Assembly (NCBI GenBank): GCA_963749495.1
Contig: CAVVMW010000004.1
Coordinates: 384,001 to 448,000, forward strand
Direction of reading: 5' to 3'
Length of the DNA stretch: 64,000 nt
DNA from: an uncultured bacterium
GTDB lineage: Bacteria > Verrucomicrobiota > Verrucomicrobiia > Limisphaerales > UBA8199
Each line of letters begins with the position of its first letter. Position 1 is the first letter of the stretch. Below, one piece after another: positions 10,493-21,309 of the stretch. A model generated the notes under the pieces. It had not been told where the DNA came from, searched no databases, and saw nothing but the letters and a program-made list of their open reading frames with translations. Position numbers and translations under genes: made by a program.

Positions 10493-10719
10493 GCAACCCG
10501 GAGGGTTGCGAGAGGGTAGCCGGGGGTCGCGACGGCGTCGCGACCCCCGGCTGACGGTCTGAAGGGTACTGCACCCGGGAAGGGGGTGCCAGAAGCGAGC
10601 GTCCAGGCGCCCGAACTGCCTTCTGGCATCCCTTCGGGATGCAGGAACGTATCGCCCTTGGACCGGGGGTCTCGCTACGCTTCGACCCCCGGCTTACCAT
10701 CTTCCATCCCTCCGGGATG
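10493..10719. repeat. REPIN-like composite of short hairpins in inverted arrangement
   Basis: CCGGGGGTCG...CGACCCCCGG twice; CACCCCGGAAGGGGTG-like and CATCCCTTCGGGATG hairpins. Confidence 0.75.
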
Positions 10720-10787
10720 AAACTGGTGGCCCGGAGCCATGTCAGGAATCCTTATCTGTGGGGCTGGCACATCTCAGATGCGCTCTG

Positions 10788-11560
10788 CTACGCTGCGTCC
10801 GGCTCGGCCAGCGGCAGTTTCACCTTAAAGGCGCTGCCGGCGCCGGGCTGGCTGGAGACCTCGATCACACCGCTGTGGGCATCGATGATGGCCTTGGAAA
10901 TGGCCAGGCCCAGGCCAGTTCGGCCCTGGGTGCCGGAGCGGGCCTTGTCAACGCGGTAAAAGCGCTCGAAAATATGGGGCAAATCTTCGGCCGGGATGCC
11001 CTGGCCCGTATCGGCGACGATGAGGACCGCGTGGCCGTCTTCGGGGCGTGTGGAGATGCGGACCTCGCGCCCCGGGCGGTTGAAGCAGATGGCGTTGCTC
11101 AGGAGATTGGTGGCGACCTGGCTGATGCGCTCGGCGTCGCCGGGGCACTGGACGGGGCTTAGTTCGCAGTGGAGTTGGACGCCCCGTTCGGCCGCCAGTG
11201 GCCGGACCATTTCGACACACTCGCGGGTGACGCGGGCCAGGTCGAACGGTTGGCGGCGCATGGGTTCCTGGCCGGCATCCAGGCGGGCCAGTTCGAGCAG
11301 CGACTCGGTGAGCTTGCGCATGCGCTGGGCGGCGCGCTGGCAGGCCTGGAGGGCGTCGCGGTATTCGGCGGCGCTGCGCTCGCGGGTCAGGGCAGACTGG
11401 GTTTGGGAGAGGATGACCGAGACGGGGGTGCGCAACTCGTGCGAGGCATCCGAGGTGAACCGGGCCTGGTGGGCGAAGGCGGCCTCCAGGCGGCCAAAGG
11501 TGGAGTTGAGCACGCCGGCCAGGCGGCCCAATTCGCTATCGGTGTCCGCGGCATCGAGGA
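10788..11560 (-). pseudogene. Sensor histidine kinase (HAMP end, HisKA, HATPase), 5'-truncated
   Basis: FTSDASHELRTP, NLLSNA, DTGQGI, IFERFYRVDKAR, GLGLAI; sensor and TM part absent. Confidence 0.85.
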
Positions 11561-11639
11561 GGCTCTCGTATAGATTTGCTGCTGGCTAAGTCTCATGGGA
11601 GAAGGGTTTGAGGTGAAAGGAGGGGGGGCGGGTGGAGGC

Positions 11640-12011
11640 TCACTTGGGTTGGAGCGTGGCGGTGTCTCTGGCGGCTTGGAGCCTCAGTTGGGCTGCCTGG
11701 AGGGCTAACTCGACCCATTGTGCCGTCAGCTTGCGAGAGGTTCTATAAGTGGCCAGTTGGGCCTTGACCTGAGCGACAAAGCCGGGGCGGATGAACTGGC
11801 TGGTGCTCTTGCGGCGATGCACCCAACTCAGTTGGTAATAGGGGCCGTGGCGTCGGGGTTTTTCGGGGTCCTTACAACGGCAGCCCGGCTTGCCGCAGAC
11901 GTTATACTGCCGGGAAAGGCTTCCGGGACGCATATCGCCCAAGGCGGCGAGTTGGGTTTTGATGTGTTGGATACGAGCTTCGATTTGCGGGATAGAGATC
12001 GTTTTCTTCAT
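11640..12011 (-). CDS. DUF6788-like IS-associated small Cys/His protein
   Basis: RPGSLS...CGKPGCRC...HGPYYQLS; followed by a short ATG stub at 11596 that fuses into the kinase fragment. Confidence 0.75.
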   Translation of the reverse strand: MKKTISIPQIEARIQHIKTQLAALGDMRPGSLSRQYNVCGKPGCRCKDPEKPRRHGPYYQLSWVHRRKSTSQFIRPGFVAQVKAQLATYRTSRKLTAQWVELALQAAQLRLQAARDTATLQPK

Positions 12012-12304
12012 GTCCGATACATAATATAGGCTATCGGAAATGTCAAGCCCCGAATCGCATTTTTTTGCATTTTTTTTGTAACCGGCAGAAGGGCGAAATG
12101 GCGTTTGGCAAACCCCACTTTTAGTGGCTTCTGCTTCGCCAGAGAAGCGGCGCTCAGTAGATGGCTTGCAGCCGCGCAGGAGGCCGCTTTCGAGAGGCCA
12201 GGGCGGTTAAACAACTACATTTTTATGCAACTGAGGGGTTTACCCTGACCCCGATTTGCCGGCGCCGATTTACCGACCGGAGGGATGACGCGCATGCAGA
12301 ACGC

Positions 12305-12484
12305 ATTGTAAAAATGTATAGATGTGACCCCAGTTATTCTGCCACCAGTTATTAATTGTAAAAATGTATAGATGTGACCCCAGTTATTAAGTTTAAGTTA
12401 TTTGTATAGATGTGACCCCAGTTATTAAGTTATAGATGTGACCCCAGTTATTAAGTTATTCAGTTCCAGTTATTAAGTTATTCA
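12305..12484. repeat. Degenerating tandem array of ATTGTAAAAATGTATAGATGTGACCCCAGTTATT
   Basis: Identical 34-mers at 12305 and 12355, 5'-shortened copies at 12403 and 12431, then AGTTATT(A/C) fragments. Confidence 0.9.
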
Positions 12485-12600
12485 CCGCCGTAGAGAAGAG
12501 CTCCCCCTGGGTCGAGAAGTCGGGCAAGCTCATAACCGGGCTCCCCAGGACCAATGATTGGCGCTAGACATGCAGCTACCCTATGGGGTAGCCTTACGAA

Positions 12601-12801
12601 ATGCAAGCCGAATATGTGATGAAGGTCCAGGTCATTAAATCCCGAAAACAGCCCCCACGGTTCTACGTGAACATCCCCCTGCCGCTCGCGGCGGCATTGG
12701 ACCTTCGAGCTAGGGAACTGGTCCAATGGCAACTCCTGGGGCGATCGGATCTCCGGCTGGTCCGGCTGGAGGCCCCTCCCGCCAAACCAAGGAGGAAATA
12801 A
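12601..12801 (+). CDS. Small AbrB/MazE-like DNA-binding protein
   Basis: KVQVI...FYVNIPLPLAAALDL...ELVQW swapped-hairpin pattern. Confidence 0.6.
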   Translation: MQAEYVMKVQVIKSRKQPPRFYVNIPLPLAAALDLRARELVQWQLLGRSDLRLVRLEAPPAKPRRK

Positions 12802-12880
12802 TTGCCCGGGGGTTTTTCAGCGGAATCAAGATGGTGCATTTCTGTTGAGTTGCCGCCTCACGCTCCGGCAGAGTCAGCCC

Positions 12881-13010
12881 ATGCGGCGGAAGTTGCGCAT
12901 TCAATAGCCGGGCGCGATGTATCATGTCATGAGCCGGGGAGATCGGCGGAAGGACATTTTCCTGGATGAGGTGGATCGCCTGGATTTCCTCAAGACGCTG
13001 GCCGAGTCGT
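12881..13010 (+). pseudogene. N-terminal remnant of REP-associated tyrosine (Y1) transposase
   Basis: MRRKLRIQ*PGAMYHVMSRGDRRKDIFLDEVDRLDFLKTL; in-frame TAG and truncation before the HUH motif. Confidence 0.85.
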
Positions 13011-13033
13011 GGAAATTGTGGAGTTCCGCATAT

Positions 13034-13351
13034 TCAGATCACATCCACGGGATGCGAGGTGATCCATACGTCCACCTGCCTGAACCGCTGCATCAGCGCC
13101 TGCTTGAACTCCTTGAAAAAAGCCCGATGTTCTGGCAAGTCCGGCACATCCACAAAGAACCGGGTGAGGTTATCCCGAAAGGTCGCACCCTCATGTTCCC
13201 AGGAGCCATGTACCAACTGGGTTTCCCAGGAGGCGGCACCGAAACGCGCCCTCAACTCGGCAAACGTTTGGGCCAGCAGGGCCTCCGGCACGGGGCTGCC
13301 ATCGTTAAACAGCAACGGCACCAGGATCTCGTAGCGGCGTAATGAACTCAT
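13034..13351 (-). CDS. Hypothetical protein (105 aa), second gene of an overlapping pair
   Basis: RRYEILVPLLFNDGSPVP...FRQVDVWITSHPVDVI; compact alpha/beta pattern. Confidence 0.7.
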   Translation of the reverse strand: MSSLRRYEILVPLLFNDGSPVPEALLAQTFAELRARFGAASWETQLVHGSWEHEGATFRDNLTRFFVDVPDLPEHRAFFKEFKQALMQRFRQVDVWITSHPVDVI

Positions 13352-13526
13352 AAGGGGCGGGGCCAATCACCGTGAAGTTGATTCCTTGCTCGGCCAAGAA
13401 ACCCAGGGCTTGAGCCGGCACCGCTGTTTCGCCCGAAGCCCAGCTCTTGCCTGAGAAGCGTGGGATCAGCTTGCCCAGTGCGCGTTGTTCGGTTTCTTTG
13501 TCTGCGAACCGGATGAGAATTTGCAT
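13305..13526 (-). CDS. Hypothetical protein (73 aa), first gene of the pair
   Basis: ATG preceded by GGAG; overlaps the downstream gene. Confidence 0.6.
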   Translation of the reverse strand: MQILIRFADKETEQRALGKLIPRFSGKSWASGETAVPAQALGFLAEQGINFTVIGPAPYEFITPLRDPGAVAV

Positions 13527-13750
13527 GGCTCCAACCTAATGCTGGGGGGTAGCGGGGGCAAGCCTAAGAAACTCCAGAGCTTGGGTCAGACCATAGCGTG
13601 GTCCGCGCTGTCTCATGGCGGCCGTTGTGGCTGGGCTGCCGTGCGGAGCGCGGGCGCGCGGATCGGACTCTCGCCGACGGCGCTCGCGCCTCGCCCATGG
13701 ACAGCTCGGCCCTGTGCAGGCGCTTGAAGGCTTACAGGGCGGGCAAGCTC

Positions 13751-13866
13751 GTAGCGCAGGTTTCCAAACCTGCTGTATCGCCGACTTCCAGTCGGCAGGG
13801 CGCAGGAAATCGCTGCGCCTGCGGGTTGGAAACCCGCGATACGGCAGACTTGGAAGTCTGCGCTAC
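13751..13866. repeat. GTAG-type REP doublet (GTAGCGCAGGTTTCCAAACCTGC...GCGCTAC)
   Basis: Four hairpins between GTAGCGCAG and CTGCGCTAC; other copies at 50320-50454 and half copy at 40547-40570. Confidence 0.85.
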
Positions 13867-13904
13867 GGGGGCAGTGCCGGGCTCGCCCCATCACCCCGGC
13901 CCCA

Positions 13905-15197
13905 TCACAGGTCGCTGCGGGGGAGGAACAGGGCAACGATTGAGGCGGGCAGGAAGAGCAGGCCGGAGTAGAGCAGGGCAGGCCGGTGGTCGCCCAAGTG
14001 GGAGAACAGGCCGAAGAAAACGACGCCAAAGGCGGAGGTAACGCGCCCGATGTTGTAGCAGAAGCCGGCGCCGGTGGTGCGCAGCAGGGTGGGAAAGAGC
14101 GGCGGCAGGTACATGGTGAACAGGGCGAAACCGCCCTGGCAAAAGCCGATGAGCGGAAACCACCAGAGCAGGGCCACATGCCCGCGCGGCACGCAATAGG
14201 CGCCGGTCATGAAAAGGAAATACGCCAGGAACATCGCCGCGATGGTCGCGCGGTAGCCGAGTCGGCGCGAGAGCCAGCCGGCAAAGAAATTGCCCAGGAT
14301 AGATGAGCCGACGACCAGGTACATCGCCAGTGTGACGAGCTTGTTCTTCTGTTCCGGGGTCCAGGGCAGGACCTCCGGGAGGTTGCGCAGGTGCTGCTGG
14401 TGCCAGAACAGGAAGGCCCAGTGCGCCGTGAGCGAGACGCCGCAGGTCAGGATCACCCAGAGCGTGACGCGCCGGACCTCACCGCGGAAGAGTTCCCGCA
14501 GGCCGGGTTGGCAGTCCCGGGCCTGGTCCCTGGCCAAGCGCCACTCTTCGGGTTCCGGCACCGCACGGATTATCCAGAACACCAGCAGAGCGGGCAGCAC
14601 CCCCACCAGGAACAGGCACCGGGGCGGCGCAGCCGCCAGGATGTAATTGGCCAGCCCGGCGGCCAGGATGCCGACGTTGACCCCCGTTTGCAGCACCGCT
14701 GCCACCCAGGGCCGCCACCGCCGGGGCCAGGTCTCCGAAAGCAGCGACGCCCCCACCGCCCATTCGCCGCCAATGCCCAAGGCCGCCAGGAACCGGAACA
14801 CCAGCAAGTGCCACCAGGCCGTGGCGAAAAACGACAATCCGGTAAAGGCCGCATAGGTCAGGATGGTCAGGCTCAGCGCCCGCGCCCGCCCCAACCGGTC
14901 GCCCAGCCGGCCGAAGAAGCCGCCTCCCAACGCCCACCCGAGCATGAATGCGCCCTGGATGATCGAGCTGCGGTGGCCCACGCGCGGGTCGGTGGTGCTC
15001 AACCCGCCCAGCAACTGCGCGACGAACGGCGCTGCCACCAGCGTGTAGAGGTGCATGTCCAGGCCGTCGAACGTCCAGCCCAGCCAGGCCGCCAGCCCCA
15101 ACCGCCATTGCGCGCGGGAGAGCTGCCGCCAATGGGTCGCCTCAACCGGCGGCGCGGCGGCCGACGGCTCCGGAGCTTTGCGGTTGCCGGCTTCCAT
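13905..15197 (-). CDS. Major facilitator superfamily transporter
   Basis: LGWTFDGLD, GRLGDRLGR, GIGGEW, LFPTLLRTTGAGFCYNIGR; multiple hydrophobic helices. Confidence 0.92.
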   Translation of the reverse strand: MEAGNRKAPEPSAAAPPVEATHWRQLSRAQWRLGLAAWLGWTFDGLDMHLYTLVAAPFVAQLLGGLSTTDPRVGHRSSIIQGAFMLGWALGGGFFGRLGDRLGRARALSLTILTYAAFTGLSFFATAWWHLLVFRFLAALGIGGEWAVGASLLSETWPRRWRPWVAAVLQTGVNVGILAAGLANYILAAAPPRCLFLVGVLPALLVFWIIRAVPEPEEWRLARDQARDCQPGLRELFRGEVRRVTLWVILTCGVSLTAHWAFLFWHQQHLRNLPEVLPWTPEQKNKLVTLAMYLVVGSSILGNFFAGWLSRRLGYRATIAAMFLAYFLFMTGAYCVPRGHVALLWWFPLIGFCQGGFALFTMYLPPLFPTLLRTTGAGFCYNIGRVTSAFGVVFFGLFSHLGDHRPALLYSGLLFLPASIVALFLPRSDL

Positions 15198-15241
15198 GCC
15201 GGCCAAAGCATGGTCCAGCACGGCGGTGCGAGGCGAGGGGA

Positions 15242-15325
15242 AAATGACGAATGACGAATGACGAATGACGAATGAGCGGTTCGTCATTCGTCATTCGTCA
15301 TTCGTCATTCGTCATTCGTCATTCG
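15242..15325. repeat. Inverted heptamer array (AATGACG)n...(CGTCATT)n
   Basis: Read directly; same unit at 35729-35822 and 45689-45856. Confidence 0.9.
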
Positions 15326-16623
15326 CGTCCCTTCTATTCCGTGTGGTTCCTCTGCCCCAGGGCGGGAGCTGATTCCAAGGCGCCGCGGGCCGCGATTCGG
15401 GCCGACTGGGCGGGGGCCGGGCTCGCCGGCTGGGTTTGGAGCTGTTCTTGAGGGGCATGGCGCAGGTCACGACGGTGCCGCCCGTGCGGAGGCGCTCGAT
15501 CTCGAGGGAGGCGCCGATGGTGCGAGCGCGGTAGTTCATGATGCGCAGGCCCATGCGGTTCCTGGCGTTGGCGGGCACCGCAAAGGGAGCGCCGTCGTTG
15601 GTGATGCTGAGCACCAACTGGTCGCTGCTCTTGACCAGGGAAATCGAGACGTGCGTCGCCTTGCCATGCTTGATGGCATTGCTGACCGCCTCCTGGGCAA
15701 TCTTGTGGAGCTGCAGGGTGGTATTGGGCGGCAGGTCGGGGACGGTCCCCTTGACCTGCAGGATGCAGGGGATTTCGAACATCTTCTTGACGTTAGCCGC
15801 CAGGCCCTCCAGCACGGCGGGCAGCTCGTCGCCCCGCACGTCCAGGGAACTGAACTGGTGGGCCAGGTCGTGCGTGTGCCGGATGGCCTCGTCCAGGAGC
15901 GCGTGGATGCGCGCGCTGTCACTGACGCAGACATGGTTTTCAGCGGCCAGGCGTTGCTGGAGGCCCTTGACCATGAGCGAGATGCCCGTGAGCTTCTGGC
16001 CCAGGTCGTCGTGCAGGTCGAAGCCGATGCGCCGCCGTTCGTTCTCGGCTATCTCCAGCAGGCTCGTTCTCCAGGCGGCGGCGCTCCTCGATGACCTCTT
16101 CCAACTTGAGGTTGGCCGCCTTGAGATCGGCGGTCCGTTCCTCGACGCGGACTTCCAGCTCCTCGTGGGCCTGGCGCAACTGCCGCTCATACTCGGCGCG
16201 GGCACTGCGCACCTCCGCGTCGCGCAACTCCCGTTCCACCGCGGGCACCAGGCGCGCCAGGCGCTCTTTCATGACGTAATCGTGCGCCCCCGCCCGCATG
16301 GCCGCCACGGCCGTCTCCTCCTCGATCAGCCCCGAGACGATGATGAACGGCACGTCCAAACCCTGTTCCTTGACCAGTTCGAGGGCCGCCGGGGCGCTGA
16401 ACTGCGGCATCGCGTGGTCGGCCAGGACCACATCCCACTCCTGCCGCCGCAGGGCCTGGTCCATCGCCTCGTGTGTGTCCACCCGCTCCCAGGCGGGCGC
16501 AAATCCCCCGCGTTCCAGCGCCCGCGCCAGCAAAACCGCGTCGGGCTGGGAATCCTCCACGAAGAGCACGCGCAAGGGCAGGCGCGGCCGCGAGGCGCCC
16601 CCATCCTTGTTCGCTTCACTCAT
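15312..16623 (-). CDS. Receiver domain plus NarX/UhpB-type histidine kinase; frameshift near 16064
   Basis: VLFVEDS..D, DVVLAD, GAHDYVMK receiver motifs; ERRRIGFDLHDDLGQ, QEAVSNAIKH, GLRIM kinase motifs; one extra C splits the frames. Confidence 0.88.
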
Positions 16624-16933
16624 GGCGACACCCTTCGCTTTCCAGGGCCAGCCTGGCGTTATCATCGGTCAGCATGTCGCTTTTACACTCGCCCCGGCCG
16701 CCGGGGAGCGCAAGGGGCAATTCGGCGGGCGGAGCTATCAGGGCGCTTATGTGGACATGGAAATTACGTGGACATGGGAGGCAAAAGGCCCGTTGTGCAG
16801 GGCCATTCCGGCCGGCATGTCCACAGTGCGGGAATGCCGCACGCTGGGATCTGTGGGAGGGGCGCCGGGCAACCGGCGTCCCTATCCCAATCGCGGGGCG
16901 TTTGGCGGCGGTGCTGCCGGGGGGTTCTCCGCC

Positions 16934-16962
16934 TTGACATCCGGCTGGACTCGGGACACAAT
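16934..16962 (+). promoter_or_regulatory. Candidate sigma70 promoter for the LamG gene
   Basis: TTGACA-N17-CACAAT. Confidence 0.5.
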
Positions 16963-17136
16963 GGCTCCATTAAAACCCTGTACGACTGGTGACCGAATGC
17001 TCGAGCCGCGTGAGCAAAAACCTATGCGCTCCTGTCCCTCCTTATGCGTCGCGCTAACGACTGGTGTGCTGTCCGTCGGACTGATGGGCCAAGCCACGGG
17101 GCGCAGTCGAAGTCACCCCACGCCGGAGAATATACC

Positions 17137-20017
17137 ATGAATAAGTCAAAATCGATTCTCGTCCTTCGCGGGCAAGGTGTCCCTCGCTTCATCCCCCTGT
17201 TCTTGATGACGCTCAGTCTCTCAGTGAGCCCGATGGAGGGAGCCGACGTGCTGGACAGCTCGTTGATAGTGCGCCTGAACTTCGATGCCGCCCCGGTGGG
17301 CAACGTGATCGTCGATAAGAGCCCGGCAGGCCTTCACCCGGGGACCAACAACATGGCCACCTGGGTGGCCAGTGAGGACGGGCGGCAAGGGGTGATGTTT
17401 TTCAACGGCGGCGACCCCGACCAGATTACAGTGGCACCCGCCGCGGACCTCAACTCGACCGTTGGCACCATTGCGTTCTGGGTGCAATCCAGCAACGTGA
17501 CGGCCACTCCAAACCCTGGCGCGGTCCTGTTCGACCGCCGGGCCGCCGGGGGGGATCTGATCTACCAAGCGCCCAATGGTCATCTGGCCAACCAGGCCGA
17601 ACAGGGCGGCGGCGAAGTCGTCAATTCCCAGACCACGGCAGCCAACCTGACCGACGGGCAATGGCACCACGTGGCCTATGTTTATGACCAGTCATCCCGG
17701 GGCACGGTCTCCTTCTATGTTGACGGAGTGCTGGACACGATGGCCACTAACGCTTCGCAGGCCTGGTTCTGGGTGGCGACTCAGGAAGTCGAACTCGGCT
17801 CCTCTCACGACACTTCTTGGGCGGGCTACACCGGGTTCCTCGATGATTTCCGGATTTACAACCGGATGTTGAGCGCGGCGGAAGTTGCCAGCGTGGCGGG
17901 GTTGGCCACGAATGCGCAAATCGTCATCATGACCGGAGGCCAGCCTCAGGATGTCTCTGTAGCCGAGAAAGATACCGCCTCCTTCCGCGTGAAGGCCACG
18001 GTGGTCAATGGCAATCCAGCCCAGTTGGCTTACCAATGGCAGAAGAACAACACCAACGTTATCGGGGCGACCAATGCCACCTACGCTTTCACCGTTGCCG
18101 CGGCGGACAACGGCGCGAAGCTGCAGGTGCAGCTCTCCTATCCCGGAGCCACGAACGTGACCAGCACCCAAGCGACGCTCACCCTGGTGCCCGAAGTCGT
18201 CGTGATCTACAATTTTGACGCGGCGCCGGTTGGGGATGTGATTGTGGACAGCTCTACCAACACGGCCGCGCCACACAACGGCGTCAACGTCGGCGCCACC
18301 TGGGTGGCTTCCCAGGGGGGCCATCAAGGGGTGATGTACTTCGATGGCACGGTGCCGGACCAGATCACGCTGGCCCCCGCGCCCGAGCTGGACTCGGCGC
18401 GTGGCACCATCGCCTTCTGGATGCAATCCAGCAACGTGACCCAGGTTCCCAATCCGTATGCGATCCTCTTCGATCGCCGCGCTGGAGCGGCCGACAATTT
18501 GCCCACGACGGGCGGCAACGTCATTTACCAGGCGCCCGACGGCCATTTGGCCAACCAGGCGCAGGCCCCGGGAGCAGGAAACGTCAACGCGGGAGAGACC
18601 GCTTTCAACTCACCCGACAACCAGTGGCACCACGTCGCGTATCTTTACGATCAGAGCGCGGGCGGCTTTGTCTCATTCTACGTTGATGGCGCCTTGGACA
18701 CCACCAGGGTCAACACCGCGCCTTGGGCCTGGGTCCCCCAAGAGGAGATCGAAATCGGCCAATCGCACGATCCCTTCTGGTCGGGCTATAGCGGTTTCCT
18801 GGACGAGTTCCGCATTTACAACCGGGTGCTCGCTCCCTCGGAAATCGCTCAATTGGCCGGCCTGGGTCCCCAGCCACAAATTCTCATCAGCCGCCAGCCT
18901 GCCAGCCTGGTCACCGGCGTCAACGACAAACCAACCTTTAGCGTCACCGCCAGCGTCATCAATGGTGACGCGGCCAAACTGGTCTATGCATGGCGCAAGA
19001 ACGGCACCAACATCGGCGGCGCAACCAGCGCCGGCTACTCCTTCACGGTGGCCGCGGCCGACGACGGCGCGAGCTTCCAGGTGCAACTCTCCTATCCTGG
19101 GGCGACGAACGTTACGTCCACCAGCGCAACCTTGACGGTCCTGCCGGAGATTGCCGTGCATTATGCGTTCGATGCCGCGCCGCAAAACAACGTCATCGTG
19201 GACAGTTCGCCAACCGGGAACAACAACGGGGTGAATGTGGGGGCCAACTGGTTGGCCACCCAGGATGGCCGCACCAACGTAATGAGCTTCGACCCCACTG
19301 TGCCGAGCCAGATTACAATCGCCGGCGCTCCCTCAATGAACTCGATGCGCGGCACCATCGCCTTCTGGATGGAATCATCCCAGACCACACCCACGCCTAA
19401 CCCCTATGCCATGCTGCTCGATCGCCGCGCCATGCCGGCGGACGGCGTGCCGGTGACCGGAGGAGACGTGATTTACCAATTGCCATCCGGCCAACTCTCC
19501 GATCAGGCGGAAGTGGCTGGCCGGTCCCGGGCCAATACGATCAGCACCGCGGCCAACCCAACCAACGGCCGGTGGCATCATGTGGCGTACGTCTATGACC
19601 AAACCGCCCAAGGCTTCGTCGGGTTCTACGTCGATGGTGTTCTGGACGGAACCCAAGGCAACAGCCAATCCTGGGTACTGGGTGCCGGATGAAGAGATCG
19701 AAATTGGCGAATCCCACGATCCCTGGTGGTCCGCGTACGGCGGCTATCTCGCGGACCTCCGCATTTACAACCGGGTGTTGTCCGCCGGTGAAATTGCTCA
19801 GTTGGCGGGCGTGGCCGTTGCCTCCCCGGCCCTGGGCTTCAGTGTTGCCGGTGGCAAACTGACCTTGAGTTGGTCTCAGGCAGGATTCGTTTTGCAGCAG
19901 AACAGCAATCTGAGCAACCCCGCCGGTTGGGCCAATGTCGCCAACGGAGGCATCAGCCCGGTAGTGATCACTCTGCCACCGACGGGCGTGAACTTTTATC
20001 GCTTGAAGCAGCCCTAG
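17137..20017 (+). CDS. Secreted protein with 3 LamG-like and 2 Ig-like domains plus C-terminal FYRL domain; frameshift near 19675
   Basis: Three repeats of GTIAFW...WHHVAY.YD...FYVDG.LD...FRIYNR.L; YQWQKN/YAWRKNG Ig motifs; GGAG RBS. Confidence 0.88.
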
Positions 20018-20073
20018 TCGCGCCCGGCCATTGCTGTGGCCCGCCCTGGAGAGCGAGGGGGCAAGAACTGCCG

Positions 20074-20910
20074 ATGAACGCCAGACTTATGAACGCCAAA
20101 CTCCCGAACGCCAAACCCCCATCGCCACTCAGCGTTGCAGCGGCTCGGTGCCGGCGGGGCTTCACGCTCATCGAACTGTTGGTGGTGATTGCCATTATCG
20201 CCATTCTGGCCGCGCTGCTGCTGCCCGCCTTGGCCCGGGCCAAATCGAAGGCGCAGCGCATCAGTTGCGGCAGCAACCTCCGGCAGTTGGCTGTGGCCGC
20301 GATCATGTACCAGCATGATACCGGAAGACCGATTGATTACCCGGACGTCACCACGCTGTGGATGAAAACGCTCCTGGATTATCAGGCCCGGGTGGCAGCA
20401 ATCCGGCTCTGTCCATCGGCGTCCGATACAAACCACCCCAGCGGCGATGCCGGTCATCCCTGGGAATGGGATAGCGGGGTGTTCGGCAGTTACGCCATCA
20501 ACGGCTGGCTCTATCCTTTCAAGGGAGGCACGCAATTGTATTTTCCTGATGACGGCGCCAAGTGTTTTCCGACGGATACATCAATTCCTCAATCTTCGAG
20601 GACTCCCTATTTCGTGGACGCGGCCTGGCCGGACCTCTGGCCCAAAGCGACAGATTACCCCACTCCCAATCTTTATACCGGCGGCACTACGGTGGGCAAT
20701 GAGATCCAGCGGTGCCTGATGGCGCGCCATGACAGCCGCGGCCCGACTGGCGCGCCCCGCAACGCCAACATCCATCAGAAGCTGCCCGGCGCCATCAACG
20801 TCGTTTGTGCCGACAGTCATGTCGAACTCGCGCCGCTGGAGAACCTCTGGAATTTCCAATGGCACTTTGGCTACGTTATGCCCAACCCCCGGCCGGGCAG
20901 AACGCCCTGA
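20074..20910 (+). CDS. Prepilin-type N-terminal cleavage/methylation protein (PVC DUF1559-like)
   Basis: [40 protein letters not shown]-terminal RH...[11 protein letters not shown]. Confidence 0.92.
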   Translation: MNARLMNAKLPNAKPPSPLSVAAARCRRGFTLIELLVVIAIIAILAALLLPALARAKSKAQRISCGSNLRQLAVAAIMYQHDTGRPIDYPDVTTLWMKTLLDYQARVAAIRLCPSASDTNHPSGDAGHPWEWDSGVFGSYAINGWLYPFKGGTQLYFPDDGAKCFPTDTSIPQSSRTPYFVDAAWPDLWPKATDYPTPNLYTGGTTVGNEIQRCLMARHDSRGPTGAPRNANIHQKLPGAINVVCADSHVELAPLENLWNFQWHFGYVMPNPRPGRTP

Positions 20911-21001
20911 GGTCCGGTTCCCTGCTCCACACCTCAACGGTCACAGGCTCGTTTGGTTTCCAGTTGACGACCGCAAGCCGATCCGATAATGTAGGTACGC
21001 T

Positions 21002-21309
21002 GTGAGTACAAAGACTCGAACTCGTTTGTTGAAACCGCGCCCGCGGGCCTCCACGCGGATCAATCTGCGGGTGGATTCACGCGTCAAAGCCACGCTGGTG
21101 CGCGCTGCGAATCGCAGCGGCTCAAATTAACGGAGTTCATGGTCAGGGCCTCCCAGGCCGCGGCCGAAAACGCCCTGGCGGAGCGCACTCGGTTTGTCTT
21201 GTCCCCCGAAAAATGGCGGGAGTTCAACGCGGCCCTCGATGCCCCGGCGCGGCAGATTCCGGCCCTGCGCGAGCTTTTCACGGGGTCTGCGGCCCTTAGG
21301 CCCGCATAA
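21002..21309 (+). CDS. TacA/DUF1778 antitoxin; frameshift near 21110
   Basis: RINLRV...K..LVRAA then LTEFMVRAS..AAE..L...LSPEKW.EF.AALDAP. Confidence 0.8.

Noticed and set aside
12305..12484. CRISPR array
   Set aside because: Intervening sequences are very short, unequal and made of pieces of the repeat itself; copies shrink; no cas genes are present
16963..17136. Riboswitch in the long leader of the LamG gene
   Set aside because: No known aptamer consensus recognisable by eye; an Rfam/Infernal scan would be needed
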